Position numbers and translations under genes: made by a program. This document shows, one piece after another, positions 44,066 to 54,600 of a DNA stretch of 61,465 nt. Within the stretch, counting starts at the first letter, position 1; each line of letters begins with the position of its first letter. The stretch spans positions 1 through 61,465 of the IMG/VR virus record IMGVR_UViG_3300019889_000016; one strand, given 5' to 3'. The notes beneath the pieces are model-generated. The model was not told the DNA's origin. It saw only the letters and a list, made by a program, of their open reading frames with translations, and ran no database searches. Origin of the DNA: a virus. Lineage: Duplodnaviria > Caudoviricetes.

Positions 44066-46719
44066 CACACACCGCCCGGCCGGCGCCACGACATGGCGTA
44101 GTCGTCCGGGTTGATGATGCGCGGCCGGTCCTGCAGCCCCGATGGGTTCTCGGTCCGCAGGAACAGGTCGACCATCGGCAGCCCCACCCCGATGACGCCG
44201 GCGCGCATAACCTCGATCCACGACGGGAACGTCTGCGTCACCCCCTGCCGCGACACGCTGGTGGTGAACGCCGGCAGCTTGCATTCGCCCTGGTCGCAGC
44301 CCGCCGCTATCTCGGTAGCCAACTCCGCTGCGGCGAACTGGCCCATTGACGGGACCGGCCACCCGTAGACCGCGGTCACCGACCACGCCCCGGTGCCGGA
44401 CACGGGCACGGTCCAGTCCTGGCACATCGGCCACCGCTCGCCGTCGGTGCGGACCAGCAGCGTCCCGTCGTAGAGCGTCCACCCGGAACCCTCCGGGAGC
44501 ACGACACCGTCGATCAACACCTGGGTGATCGACTGGGCGGGGGCCGGTAGCCGCAACGTGTCCGCGTTCCCGCAGTCGCACCCACCGGAGCATCGGCCGC
44601 ACACCGCGTCGAGCCAGCCGCCTTCACCGGGCCGCCAGCGTTGAGGCCACGCACCGGGCTCCCATCCTTCCCACCACCCGGACGTCACAGCGGGGGCGCA
44701 CGACTTGCGGCACGGCCGCAGCAGCACCTCGCACGACCCGAACTGGTGACCGGACATCGCCCACAGCACCTCCGACGCCGCCATCAACGGCGCGCCGGTG
44801 ACCGGCTCCAAGCAGTTGTCCGGCAGCGGCCAGGATTCGCATAGCGGCACGTACATGTCAGCTCCCGAGTACCCGTCGAACGCCGCGGTGAGCGCCGGCA
44901 GCTCTACTGCCAGCGCCCCTGATGATGCCCCTTCGCCACTCAACGCGCCCACCATGGGCGGCAACACGATGTCGAGTACCCCGCCGGATGTCTCGGATTC
45001 ACCCGCCAGCGCGGCGTCCAACGCGGGCAGGGTCGCGTCGACTGTGCCGGCGGCGGCCTCGGATTGGCCCGCCAGGGCCGCCGTGAGCGCCGGCAACACG
45101 ATCTGGGCCGTACCGGACCCCAGGGCGGCACCGGTAGCCGCCACGGCGATCTGAGGCAGCGTCGCAGCCAACGTGGCGTCCGCTGTGGCCGTGGCGGTGG
45201 CCGACGCGGCGATGGCGGGCAGCGTGGCGCCGACGGTTCCGGTGGTCGATGCGGCCGCGTCAAGGTCCGCAGCCAGCGCCGGCAACGTCACCGCGACGGC
45301 ACCGTCCGTTGACGCCTGGCCGTCCAACTCGGCGGTGAGCGCCGGCAGCACCGCAGCGATCGTGCCCGCGGCTCCGGCGTCGACCGCGCGCAGCCGCACG
45401 AACGCGACCGGGCCGCACTGCTGTGTGGTCGACGTGAACGCCAGCGACGGGGCCACCGTCCCGGTACCGGCCGTGACCGCGGCGTCGAACACCTCGACGT
45501 TGCCGTCGTTGCCGGTGCCGGCACCCGCCCCGGTGGTGCGCCGGGTCGTGGTGCCGAACGTGATCCCGGATGCCGTGATCGCCGGAGTCGCGAACCCAGC
45601 GAGGTTCAGGTCCGTGTCGACCGCCGCGACCGCGACCACCACATCGCCCGGTTGGAGATCGACCGCAGCCGACGCTGTCGCTGCCCGGTTCACGCCGTGG
45701 AGGGCGTCGTCGCCGGTGACGATCGCCGTGTCCCACGCCGCGGTCGGGCTCTTGGCGTAGAGCACCATCAGGCCGATGACGCCACCGTTGGTGCCGGGCA
45801 CCTGGTCGAAGGTGACCGACCCCGACTCGGAGCCGTCCAGCTCGCGCAGATCGACCGCGACCCGGCCCTGGTGACTGTCGGCGATGTTGGTGCCGACCAG
45901 GCCGCCGAGTAGGTCGGTGTGGTCCGTCCACCCGGACTCGGCGGCGATGGTGGCCAGGTTCATCCAGGCGTTCCGGCAGGCGATCGCCAGCACACCAGCG
46001 GCGACCCCCGCCGGGTAGGCGACGTTCTGTGTCGTCGTGCCCGTGGTCGCCTTCGCTCCGGTCGCGAGATGCCCGACCGGCAGCGCGGGCCGGATCGCCA
46101 GCGTGACGGTGCAATAGAACTGCGACGCGTCGAGGGTGAACGCGCCCGGGTCCTCCGACGCCACCGCGTTGTCGCGCAGCGCCCACGCCAGGGAGACGCC
46201 GTCGGTGGCGTCCCCGGCGTTGACCAGGCCGGTGCGGTCGTAGCTGGCCGGGTAGGCCGAGATCGTGGTGGTGCCGTTGTCGATGCCCACCAACGTCAGC
46301 CACAGCGTGTCCTCGACATCCCACCCGGCAGGGTTCAGCGCCGCCGGGTCGCAGGTGGCCGACGCCCCGCCCGGCTCCGTGCCGATCGACGCCATGAACG
46401 CCGCCGCCGCGGCGCCGGTGACCCGCCACACGTGATGCGCCGACGTCTGCCCGACGTCAGTGAGGATCGTCTGAGTGGCGCCCTCGGTACCGTTGGCCAC
46501 CTTGGTGAACACGCGCAGGAACTGGTGGTCCCCACCGTCGGCCTGCGAGATCTGGTGGGTCCAGTCGTCAACGATCTGCCCGGACGAGATCGGGCGGGCG
46601 TCGAACAGGATCGCCGCGACCAGGACACCGCCCGACCCGGCCGGCATGTCGACCGTGTGCGTCGTCGTGTTGACGGGCTCGCTGCTGTCCGCCTCGAAGG
46701 CAGGGACGGGGAACGTCAC
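44065..46719 (-). CDS. large virion protein ending in a head-to-tail adaptor domain (possible internal start at 44856)
   Basis: One open frame: beta-rich N-domains, (V/I)xLPAL repeats, then ASEVLWA.SG.QFG.C...RPC...CKLP..TSVSRQGVT...G.P.VD.FL...NP. Confidence 0.75.
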   Translation of the reverse strand: MTFPVPAFEADSSEPVNTTTHTVDMPAGSGGVLVAAILFDARPISSGQIVDDWTHQISQADGGDHQFLRVFTKVANGTEGATQTILTDVGQTSAHHVWRVTGAAAAAFMASIGTEPGGASATCDPAALNPAGWDVEDTLWLTLVGIDNGTTTISAYPASYDRTGLVNAGDATDGVSLAWALRDNAVASEDPGAFTLDASQFYCTVTLAIRPALPVGHLATGAKATTGTTTQNVAYPAGVAAGVLAIACRNAWMNLATIAAESGWTDHTDLLGGLVGTNIADSHQGRVAVDLRELDGSESGSVTFDQVPGTNGGVIGLMVLYAKSPTAAWDTAIVTGDDALHGVNRAATASAAVDLQPGDVVVAVAAVDTDLNLAGFATPAITASGITFGTTTRRTTGAGAGTGNDGNVEVFDAAVTAGTGTVAPSLAFTSTTQQCGPVAFVRLRAVDAGAAGTIAAVLPALTAELDGQASTDGAVAVTLPALAADLDAAASTTGTVGATLPAIAASATATATADATLAATLPQIAVAATGAALGSGTAQIVLPALTAALAGQSEAAAGTVDATLPALDAALAGESETSGGVLDIVLPPMVGALSGEGASSGALAVELPALTAAFDGYSGADMYVPLCESWPLPDNCLEPVTGAPLMAASEVLWAMSGHQFGSCEVLLRPCRKSCAPAVTSGWWEGWEPGAWPQRWRPGEGGWLDAVCGRCSGGCDCGNADTLRLPAPAQSITQVLIDGVVLPEGSGWTLYDGTLLVRTDGERWPMCQDWTVPVSGTGAWSVTAVYGWPVPSMGQFAAAELATEIAAGCDQGECKLPAFTTSVSRQGVTQTFPSWIEVMRAGVIGVGLPMVDLFLRTENPSGLQDRPRIINPDDYAMSWRRPGGV

Positions 46720-46730
46720 GTCCCCGCCAC

Positions 46731-47147
46731 CTACCCAGCAGGCATCGTCAGGGTGCCACCGGTGATCTCTACGTCGAGGCCAGTCGAGATCGCCACGGTG
46801 TTCAGCTCCAACTGACCGCCGCCACCCGTGGCCGTCACCGACCCGTCGAACACGGTCGCCCCGTCGCTGTCCTTCGCCCGGAACCATCCGGCGTCGGCGT
46901 CGGCCAACCCGACCGTGGCCAACACCGGTGCGGCGTCGAGGGTCTTGACGCCGTTCACCGCGGCGGCCCACGCCGGGTCAGCGGCCGTGAACGTCGCCAG
47001 CAACGTGCCCGACGCGGCGTCGTTCGCCGACGCCGGCTGGACACCGGAGCGGACATCGAACGTGCCCGCTCCGGCCCCGGCGTTCATCAGGTCGCCGACC
47101 GCGTCCGCCGCAGCAGACCGGCTGGCGTTCGGGATCCGGGTGGCCAT
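46731..47147 (-). CDS. virion structural protein
   Basis: G.QPASA..A..GTLLA, AGWFR..DSDG..V.DG.V...GG..L.L pattern seen in phage neck regions. Confidence 0.65.
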   Translation of the reverse strand: MATRIPNASRSAAADAVGDLMNAGAGAGTFDVRSGVQPASANDAASGTLLATFTAADPAWAAAVNGVKTLDAAPVLATVGLADADAGWFRAKDSDGATVFDGSVTATGGGGQLELNTVAISTGLDVEITGGTLTMPAG

Positions 47148-47150
47148 GGC

Positions 47151-47810
47151 CTACGCCGCGGGCAGCGTGACGGCGCCGCAGCCGGTGACGTCCGGGAGCG
47201 GCAGCCGCGTGATGTTGAACCCGCGGTGCGCGTCGGCCGGCACCTGGTTGATGAACTTGATCGCGCCCGGCCCCGAGCCCCACAGGCTGTTGGCCTTCTC
47301 CGACCGTGCGGTGATGCGCCACTCGATCACGTCGTTGGTGACCGTGAAGTCGTTCAGGCGCCCGGACGCCAGGTGCGGCCACGCCCAGTACGCGGTGCGG
47401 GGGTCGTCGCCGGTGCACGTGTCGGCGTCGGCCTGCCACAGCTCGAACCCCCACCGCGAGTCGACCGACCCCTCCTTGACCCAGAACCCGGTCCCGGTGG
47501 CGGGGTCGCCGGTGACGATGATCTCCTGCCCGGTGGTGATCACCACGGCGTCCGGGTCGATCGTGCAGAACCGGATGTTCAGCTCGTCACGAAGGAACTC
47601 GTCGTTGCCGCGCCGGTTCACACAGAACCGGCCGTTGGCCTTCCGGAGCTGGTAGTTGACGCCGTCCTCGTACTGGGGCGACACCTGCACCTCGACGAAC
47701 CCATCGAACACGATGAGCGAGCCGGTGCCGGTGACCGGCGCGCCGCACTCGTCGAGGCGGATGATGCGGGCACGGGTGCCCTGGATGGGGGAGATGCACT
47801 CGGCGGTCAT
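47151..47810 (-). CDS. major tail protein
   Basis: GTRARI.RLDECG.P, KANG.FCV, FC.IDPD, FELW, YWA.P. Confidence 0.8.
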   Translation of the reverse strand: MTAECISPIQGTRARIIRLDECGAPVTGTGSLIVFDGFVEVQVSPQYEDGVNYQLRKANGRFCVNRRGNDEFLRDELNIRFCTIDPDAVVITTGQEIIVTGDPATGTGFWVKEGSVDSRWGFELWQADADTCTGDDPRTAYWAWPHLASGRLNDFTVTNDVIEWRITARSEKANSLWGSGPGAIKFINQVPADAHRGFNITRLPLPDVTGCGAVTLPAA

Positions 47811-48178
47811 GACTGGACGGCCTCCACAGCCTTGATGATCTGGTCGCGGGACATGTCAGCGGTCACCGGGATGTTGTTGGCCTCGGCGAACACCGCCCAG
47901 GCCTCCCGGGTCGCGCCCTGGCCGGTCCTGGGCGGCGCCTCGCCCACCAACACGACCGCGTTGCTGGTGTCGTCGACCGCCACGGGAGTAACGGCCTCCG
48001 AGCCTGGCAGCGGGTCCCTGACGAGCTTGGCCAGCTCGCCCCGCTGCTCGTCGTCGAACTCGTCCAGGTCGGGGATCTCGACCTCGTTGGCGCCCAACGG
48101 GCGGAACGGCACGGCGGCCTCGACGAACACGCCGAGCCCCACCATGAACGCATCGTGGCCACGGAACCGGAGGATCAC
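47807..48178 (-). CDS. hypothetical protein with C-terminal HeH-like motif
   Basis: REAWAVFAE..I.V..DMSRDQII. Confidence 0.55.
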   Translation of the reverse strand: MILRFRGHDAFMVGLGVFVEAAVPFRPLGANEVEIPDLDEFDDEQRGELAKLVRDPLPGSEAVTPVAVDDTSNAVVLVGEAPPRTGQGATREAWAVFAEANNIPVTADMSRDQIIKAVEAVQS

Positions 48179-49107
48179 GCCGTGCTTCCCGCGCTATCGG
48201 GGGCGCCTGACACGGCGCCACCCAGGGTCACCTCGGCGGCGACCAGGCAGCAGTCGAACGAGATCGAGTAGTCGCGGTAGGCGACATACACGGTGGTGTT
48301 GTCGGTCCGGCCGATGATCTCCGATGCCGACACACCCAGGTTCCGGATCGGTGAGCGCAGCACCTGGACCATGCCGGTGCCGTAGAACCAGCCCTGCCCG
48401 GCGGCCGGCTCGGCGCCGGTCGGCCCGGGGTAGAGCCCACCCGAGTACGCCGCGATCCGGTTGCCGGCGAGCGTGCGGATCTGTTCGCCGGACTGGCGGG
48501 CGACGCCGTAGTGGTCCAGCAACGCCAGCGCGGTGCGCGGGACGTGGATGATGCCTTCCCCGCCGTAGCACTCGCCAAGGGCGCCTTCGACCAGGGCGAG
48601 CGCTTCGACGGCGTCGACCGTCCCGGACGTCTGGACGTCGGCGGCGAGCTGACGCACCACAGTGTGCGCACCTTGCGGGTCGGCGTCGAGCTGGGCGTCG
48701 TCGGCCAGGTGCGGGTAGACCAGCCCACCGTGGTGGGTCTGACCCGACCAGAACACCCGCTCGACCGCCCGGCCCTCGCCGTTCGTCAGCAGCGCCTCGG
48801 TGCGCCGCCGCAGATCGGCCAGGTCGTTGCCCCACCCCACAGGGGAACACGGCACCCACGCGTAGACCCGGAACACGTCCGCGGCCAACGACGCCACCTC
48901 GGTGGGTGACGGGGTCCCGGTGATCGGCGCGCCGGTGCACGGGATCATCACCGACGTCGACGCCGGCCCGCAGTCGGGCGACATCCGCTGCACGCCATGT
49001 GCCCAGCCCTCCGGCTGGACTGGCGGCAGCTCGCCTGCGGTCAGCAGACCGAACCGTTGGGGGGTGAACGACGGTCCAGCGTCGACGACTAGGTACTGGT
49101 CAACCAT
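48175..49107 (-). CDS. minor capsid / capsid-associated protein
   Basis: Directly after the MCP; FGLL..., F.VY...CSPVG, E.RAVER.FW, G.IHVP. Confidence 0.65.
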   Translation of the reverse strand: MVDQYLVVDAGPSFTPQRFGLLTAGELPPVQPEGWAHGVQRMSPDCGPASTSVMIPCTGAPITGTPSPTEVASLAADVFRVYAWVPCSPVGWGNDLADLRRRTEALLTNGEGRAVERVFWSGQTHHGGLVYPHLADDAQLDADPQGAHTVVRQLAADVQTSGTVDAVEALALVEGALGECYGGEGIIHVPRTALALLDHYGVARQSGEQIRTLAGNRIAAYSGGLYPGPTGAEPAAGQGWFYGTGMVQVLRSPIRNLGVSASEIIGRTDNTTVYVAYRDYSISFDCCLVAAEVTLGGAVSGAPDSAGSTA

Positions 49108-49149
49108 CGCTCACCCTCCTCCCGATCTCGTAGTGGTCGTCACCAGGGC

Positions 49150-51084
49150 CTAGGCGCTGGCGGCGGCCTGGACCGTCTGGGCGCCGGTGGTGCCCTCGGC
49201 GAACATGTCGGTGAACACGATGCTGAGCGCCCGGTTGCCGCGGGCACCGATCAGCGACGCCTCCTCCGACCAGGCGGCCGTGTGGTCGTTGGCCTCGTTC
49301 AGCACCGAGTCCCGGACCACACCGAGGTTGAGCTGCATGCCCGCACCCCGGAAGAAGTGCCCGGGCGGGTACATGAGGCCGGTGAACGACGACGGCCACG
49401 CCACGGGGGCGGTGGTGCCACCGATGGTCCCGGCGGGGGCGGCCCAGCCGATGGCGGACTGCCAGTCCTCGACCCACTGGCCACGGATGTTGCGGGCGTC
49501 GAGCTGGGACATGAACCAGCTGTCGGCGACCGACAGGTCATCCCAGGCGTTGCGCTTCGCGATGTCCGACCGGAGCAGACCACGAGCCCACGCCGGGAGC
49601 ACCAGCTCCATGACAGCGTTCTGGGGCATGCCGACCCGGTACCGCTCGGATGTGGCCTCCAGCTCGACCGCACCCAGGAAGTGGGTGATGGCCGACGACG
49701 CCGCACCGTTGGTCGGGGTCACCGACACCACGGAGGCGTCGTCGGCCATCAGGGCGATGTGCCGGCGGTTCATGATCCGGGCGTGCGCGACCTGGACCAG
49801 CGACAGGAAGTGCCGGATCAGCTCCGGGTAGGCGTCCTCGGTCAGGTTCCCGGCGAGCACGCACAGGCCGAGCAGCCACAGGCGCTCCTCGTTGAAATCG
49901 GGGCACGGCGGCCGGAGGCACGCCTTCGTGGGCGACCCGGTCGCGGCGAGGATGTCGTCGGCCTCGGTCCACAGCCACGGCATCGACGCGTTGGTGCCGA
50001 CCCCTGACGCGGCGGCACCGGACAGGGCGAAGAACTGCGCCAGGTCCAGCGACTCGGGCCACCGGAGCCCGCCCCGGCGGATGCCGATGGTGGGCACGTC
50101 GACCATCCCCGACGGGGGGCCGGTCACATCGAAGAACGAGTAGTCGATCTCCGACGGGGCGCACCAGCCGCCAGCGGCGACCAGGCCTTCCATCCCGGTG
50201 CGGGACGTGGCCGGCGAGATCAGTGCCCGGAACGCGGCGTCGACCTCGGCCAGGGTCGAACCCTCGCCCAGCGTGTACTCGAACGTCCGCTGGATCGAGG
50301 CGACCGGCATGGGGGAGCCCTTGCCGGCGGTGATGCCCATCGACCGGGCGCGGGCGATGACGGCGTCGGTCAGCGCCTCGATGTTGCCCAGCTCGTCGCC
50401 GGGGACGACGCCGGGGATGTCGGCGGCGGCCGTCAGGAGCATCTGGGCGGTGCGCCGAGCGGGGGCCGACGGGGCCGGCGCGTTGCGGGCGATGTCCCGC
50501 AGCGACAGCGCGGGGTTCATCGTGCCGGGGGCGGCGGTGGCCGGGACGGTGACGGGCCGGCGGGCGGACGCGGCGACGGCCTCGGGGGCGGGCGCGTCGG
50601 CGGGCGGGTCGGCCGGGGCGTCTTCGACGGGGGCCGGGTCAGCCTCGGGGGCGGGCGCGTCGGTGGCGGCCGGAGCGTCGTCGCCGGGGTCGACCGCGGT
50701 CCGGACCGGGGTGAGCGCGTCGAGCACGCTGTTGACGGTGCCGGCGTGCTCCTCGGTCCGGCGGGTCACCTCGGTGTCGAGAGCAGCGAACGCCGCGGCC
50801 AGCTCGGTGGCCCGGGCGGCGTCGTCAGCGGAGATCGAATCCGGGTCCTGTTCGGCGCGGGCGGCCAGGTCGTCGATCGCGGCACGGACGCTGGTGTGCA
50901 TCGTGGCCAGCGACTCGTCGTCGACGTGGTCGGGCGACAGGTTCTCGGGGACGGTCAGGTCAGTGGGCAGGTCGGGGGCATCGCCATCACCACCGCCGAT
51001 CCACGGCAGGGTGCGACCGGAAGCGGCGTCGCGCCACTGGAGGCCGCGCTCGCCCATGATCAGCTGGAGATCGGAACCGTTCAT
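49150..51084 (-). CDS. major capsid protein with N-terminal scaffold-like domain
   Basis: Acidic helical N-domain, Pro/Ala linker, LVAAGGWCAPSE..Y, RGG, K.C...CP.F.E.RL, DSVLN..NDH.A.WSEE. Confidence 0.9.
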   Translation of the reverse strand: MNGSDLQLIMGERGLQWRDAASGRTLPWIGGGDGDAPDLPTDLTVPENLSPDHVDDESLATMHTSVRAAIDDLAARAEQDPDSISADDAARATELAAAFAALDTEVTRRTEEHAGTVNSVLDALTPVRTAVDPGDDAPAATDAPAPEADPAPVEDAPADPPADAPAPEAVAASARRPVTVPATAAPGTMNPALSLRDIARNAPAPSAPARRTAQMLLTAAADIPGVVPGDELGNIEALTDAVIARARSMGITAGKGSPMPVASIQRTFEYTLGEGSTLAEVDAAFRALISPATSRTGMEGLVAAGGWCAPSEIDYSFFDVTGPPSGMVDVPTIGIRRGGLRWPESLDLAQFFALSGAAASGVGTNASMPWLWTEADDILAATGSPTKACLRPPCPDFNEERLWLLGLCVLAGNLTEDAYPELIRHFLSLVQVAHARIMNRRHIALMADDASVVSVTPTNGAASSAITHFLGAVELEATSERYRVGMPQNAVMELVLPAWARGLLRSDIAKRNAWDDLSVADSWFMSQLDARNIRGQWVEDWQSAIGWAAPAGTIGGTTAPVAWPSSFTGLMYPPGHFFRGAGMQLNLGVVRDSVLNEANDHTAAWSEEASLIGARGNRALSIVFTDMFAEGTTGAQTVQAAASA

Positions 51085-51196
51085 CTCGGTGGTGGTCCTT
51101 CCTGGACGCGTTGTGCGTGTAGGAGAACTCGACCAGGCCGAGCGGCGATGCTCCGGGGGTGGGCCAGGCCCTACCCGAGCGGTGCGAACTGCGGTG

Positions 51197-51226
51197 AGTA
51201 TGCCTAGAGCGGCCCGCCGGTGTCAA
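51197..51226 (-). promoter_or_regulatory. sigma-A-type promoter for the capsid operon
   Basis: TTGACA-N18-CATACT about 110 nt upstream of the MCP start. Confidence 0.6.
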
Positions 51227-51350
51227 CGAGGGCGGCGATCACTGCAGGCCGACGTGATGCGAGGGTGCGCCCGGGCCGTCCCCCCGCGTGGCCTGCGCTG
51301 TGCCGTCGGCCGGCATGACTGGCTACCCCGGAGGCAGGTCCGATCGCACC

Positions 51351-51614
51351 CTAGACGGTGCGGAGTTTCCCGCCGTTGTCGCGCTGCCACGCGAACGCCG
51401 ACCCGTGCCCATCGAAGTACGCCACCTCACCACCGGCGACCACACGGAACCGGGCACCCGCCGGGATCTCCTCCACCCCATCCGGCAGCACCGCCAACGG
51501 CTCGACCGGCGGCGCGGTCGGCGTCACGTACGACCCCACCGGAGCGTCGCCCGACGTCCGAACGACCGCCGACCGGCCACGGCCGCTACGACTCCCCGAA
51601 CACCCGCACGCCAT
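51351..51614 (-). CDS. small hypothetical protein
   Basis: MACGCSG... type ORF, coupled to the protease stop. Confidence 0.6.
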   Translation of the reverse strand: MACGCSGSRSGRGRSAVVRTSGDAPVGSYVTPTAPPVEPLAVLPDGVEEIPAGARFRVVAGGEVAYFDGHGSAFAWQRDNGGKLRTV

Positions 51615-54600
51615 CAGCGCGTCCCCTTGATCGCAGTTAGCACCCGAGCAGCCGGCGTCCGCCCCGACAGGCGGGCCACCGTCGCGATCCCGGCCGCCCG
51701 GCGGCGGGACGCTTCGATCTCGGCGGTCGGCACGTGCACGACCGGGACCGTCGACGCCACCAGCGTGTCGCCCCGGTAGCTGGTCGTCGGATGCGCCCGA
51801 GCGAACCCGGGCACCGGCACCAGCAGGCAGGCGACCAGCTCGGCCGTGTCGGCGACATCCGGGTGGGGCTGCCAATCCCCCGAGCATGAGCAGGCGAGCG
51901 CCCGGGCGATCTGGTCGGGCTTGGTGCCGGGCAGCACGGCGCCGGCCATCCACACGCCGCCCAGCCGATCGGATTCGCCGACGGCGACGGCGCCGATCAC
52001 GGAGCAGGCGTTGTCGTAGTGCTCGACGGCGACGTGGTGGTCGGCGCGGTGGATGGGGGCGTGCCCGCAGTCCATGGTGACGGGGCCGGCGTGGACGCGG
52101 CCTTCGGCGGTGAGCGCCCACTTGCCCATGAACCGGGTGTAGTCGACGTTCCCGCGCGGTGCTTCGCGGCGGCCACCCGATGCGGCCCATGCGCGGTGCC
52201 CGGTGCCGTAGGGGGCCAGGAGGCCGTAGATGCGGCCGTCGTCGGTGACGCAGAACGCGCCGTCCAAGTCGACGTCGACGGGCTCCTGGAACCAGGCGGC
52301 GGGCGGCAGGTCGGGGAGCGTGATCGTGTGCGCCGCGGCCGTCAGGGCGGCGGCCGTGTGGGACTCTTGCGCTCCGGCCATGAGATCGTCGATGGCACGG
52401 TCCTGCCCGCAGGTGGTGCACGACCCGCCACACCCACAGCCGGCATCCGGTGGGGCGACATGGCCGCCGGTGGCCAACGCCGCCGCGGCCAGGGCCGGCT
52501 CCATGGGCTCGTCGACCATCTCGGCCGGCGCCGGCCCCATCAACGCCACCAGCTCGTCGGTCGGCTCCAGCACGGCGTCGGCCTGCGCCGGGGTCGACAC
52601 CCCGGTCAGCTCGGCGACGTTGGCGCCGTCGATGATGACGCGCTCGGGCTGGATCACGACCTCCTCGATCGGCTCGTTGGGGTCGACCTCCTCCAGCACG
52701 GGGTCGTCGTCCATCTCACCGGGGGCCGGCCACACCAGCGTCGTGGTGGCCGCTGTCTCGTCAGCGCCGATCGACACCCACCGGTCGAACCCGGCCACCG
52801 CCCGGCGGCCGTGCTCCCAACCGTCAGGCGAATCCAGGTCCAGGCGGATGAACCCGTAGTGGGTGTCACCGTCTTCGACGACGCGGGTGACGACCCCGAC
52901 GGGGACCACCTTCGGGGTCCCGCCATGCGCCGAGCTGTGGACCTGCACGTGATAGGCGAACGGGGTGTCGCGGTAGGTCAGGTTCGTGAACACCCGGCCG
53001 GTGTTCCCCAACCCGGTGGCGGTGCCCTGCTGGTGCATCACCGCCCGCAGATGCTCACCGGCCTGCGCCGGGGGGCCGTTCCCCTCGGGGTCGTCGACGG
53101 GTCGCCCGCTGGGGGCGTCCGGATCGTCATCGTCGATCGCGGCGGTCAAGTTCAGGTTGATGACGATGGGCTCGATGGCCGCGCCGCCACGGGCCACCGC
53201 CGCAGCGACGGCGTCTTCGACGGCGGCGGTCAGCTCGGCACGGTTCATGGGCACATCATCCTCCTCCGGCGTGGCGCCGGCCAGCTCGAAGTCTTGAGCG
53301 TCCGCACCCCGGGTCACCCGGATGCGGTCGAACGTGATCGGCCCCTCGTCAGCGACCGCGACGGCCATGGGGTCCCAGACGTCGCCGTAGCCAACGCACA
53401 CGTGAGCGACCCACGGGGCGTGCTGATCGGGCATCGTCCACAACGCTCCCGGGCCACCGGCGACCGACGCGCGGCCCACCATCGTCGTCACCCAGTCGTG
53501 GATCGGCGCCAAGCGGGGTCCGCCGACCGACAGCACCAGCGACGGCGTGTCGCCCATCGTGTTCCACGCCGCGACCCCGAACACGTTGCCGACGACCGGG
53601 GGCTCGTCAGCGGCCCACGTCTCGATCTGCGCGACCAAGCTGTCGAACACCGGTTCGGGGATGTCGGCGCCGTCCCCCAAGTAGGCGAGCGTCAAGTGCA
53701 GGGCGTCGAGGGGTTCGCCGTCGGCGACCAGCAGCCGTTCGCCGTCGGCGGGGATGAGCGCCACCATCGACCCGGTGTGCGGCTCCCCCGTCGTCGAGTC
53801 GACCTGGTCGGGGCCGGCAGCGGCGACCATGCGGGCCACCTCGTCGACCACGCCACCTTGCTGGCGGCCCTCAGCGACCAACGCTTCCGGGGTGTCGATG
53901 AACAGCACCGTGCACCGGCAGTTGATCACCTCGGCGCCCGGGCCGGTCGGGTCACCCGGCACCCGCAGCCGCGCCGACCCGACCGTGAACTGCTCGTCAG
54001 CGGCGACGACCTGGCCGTCAGCGGCGACGTGGGTGGGCCGGGTGCGGTTGTCCATCGTCGACAGCCACTGCCGGTACGGCGGGGCGTCGGCGCCCATCAG
54101 ATCGACCCGGGCCTGGGCACCCATGTTCGACGCCGAGATCACTTCGGTGCGGGCCAGCAGTTCGGCCTCGCGGGCGGTCAGGTCGACGACGTCGGTGATC
54201 CGGCGTCGCAGCGCGTCGATCCCTTCGCCGGCACGGAACCCCACGACCAGTTCCTCGCGGGCCGCGGTCCACGCCGCCTCGCCCAGCGGGTAGAACCGGT
54301 TGCGGGTGTCGGCCAGGTACTGGGCCGCGGCGTGGTTCAACAGCTCGGGGTCCGCTGTCGGGATCACGACACCCACTCCACGGATCGCCTGGACCTGTTC
54401 CTCGGCGGCCTCCGCGCCGGCCTCGAACATGCCACCGAACCACGGCAGCACCGTCTGGTCGACGGCGTACCCCCACTGCGTTTGGATCGCGGCCAGGTCG
54501 TCGAGCGATGCGCGGGCCTCGGCGTCCCCGGCCGCGGCGGTCGTGGCGACCACCGCGAACCGGGCGGCGACCCCCGACAGGATCGGGGCCATCGCTCCCA

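Noticed and set aside
47147-47160. Frameshift or readthrough extension of the major tail protein
   Set aside because: There is no slippery sequence before the TAG, and the next gene has its own ATG 3 nt later.
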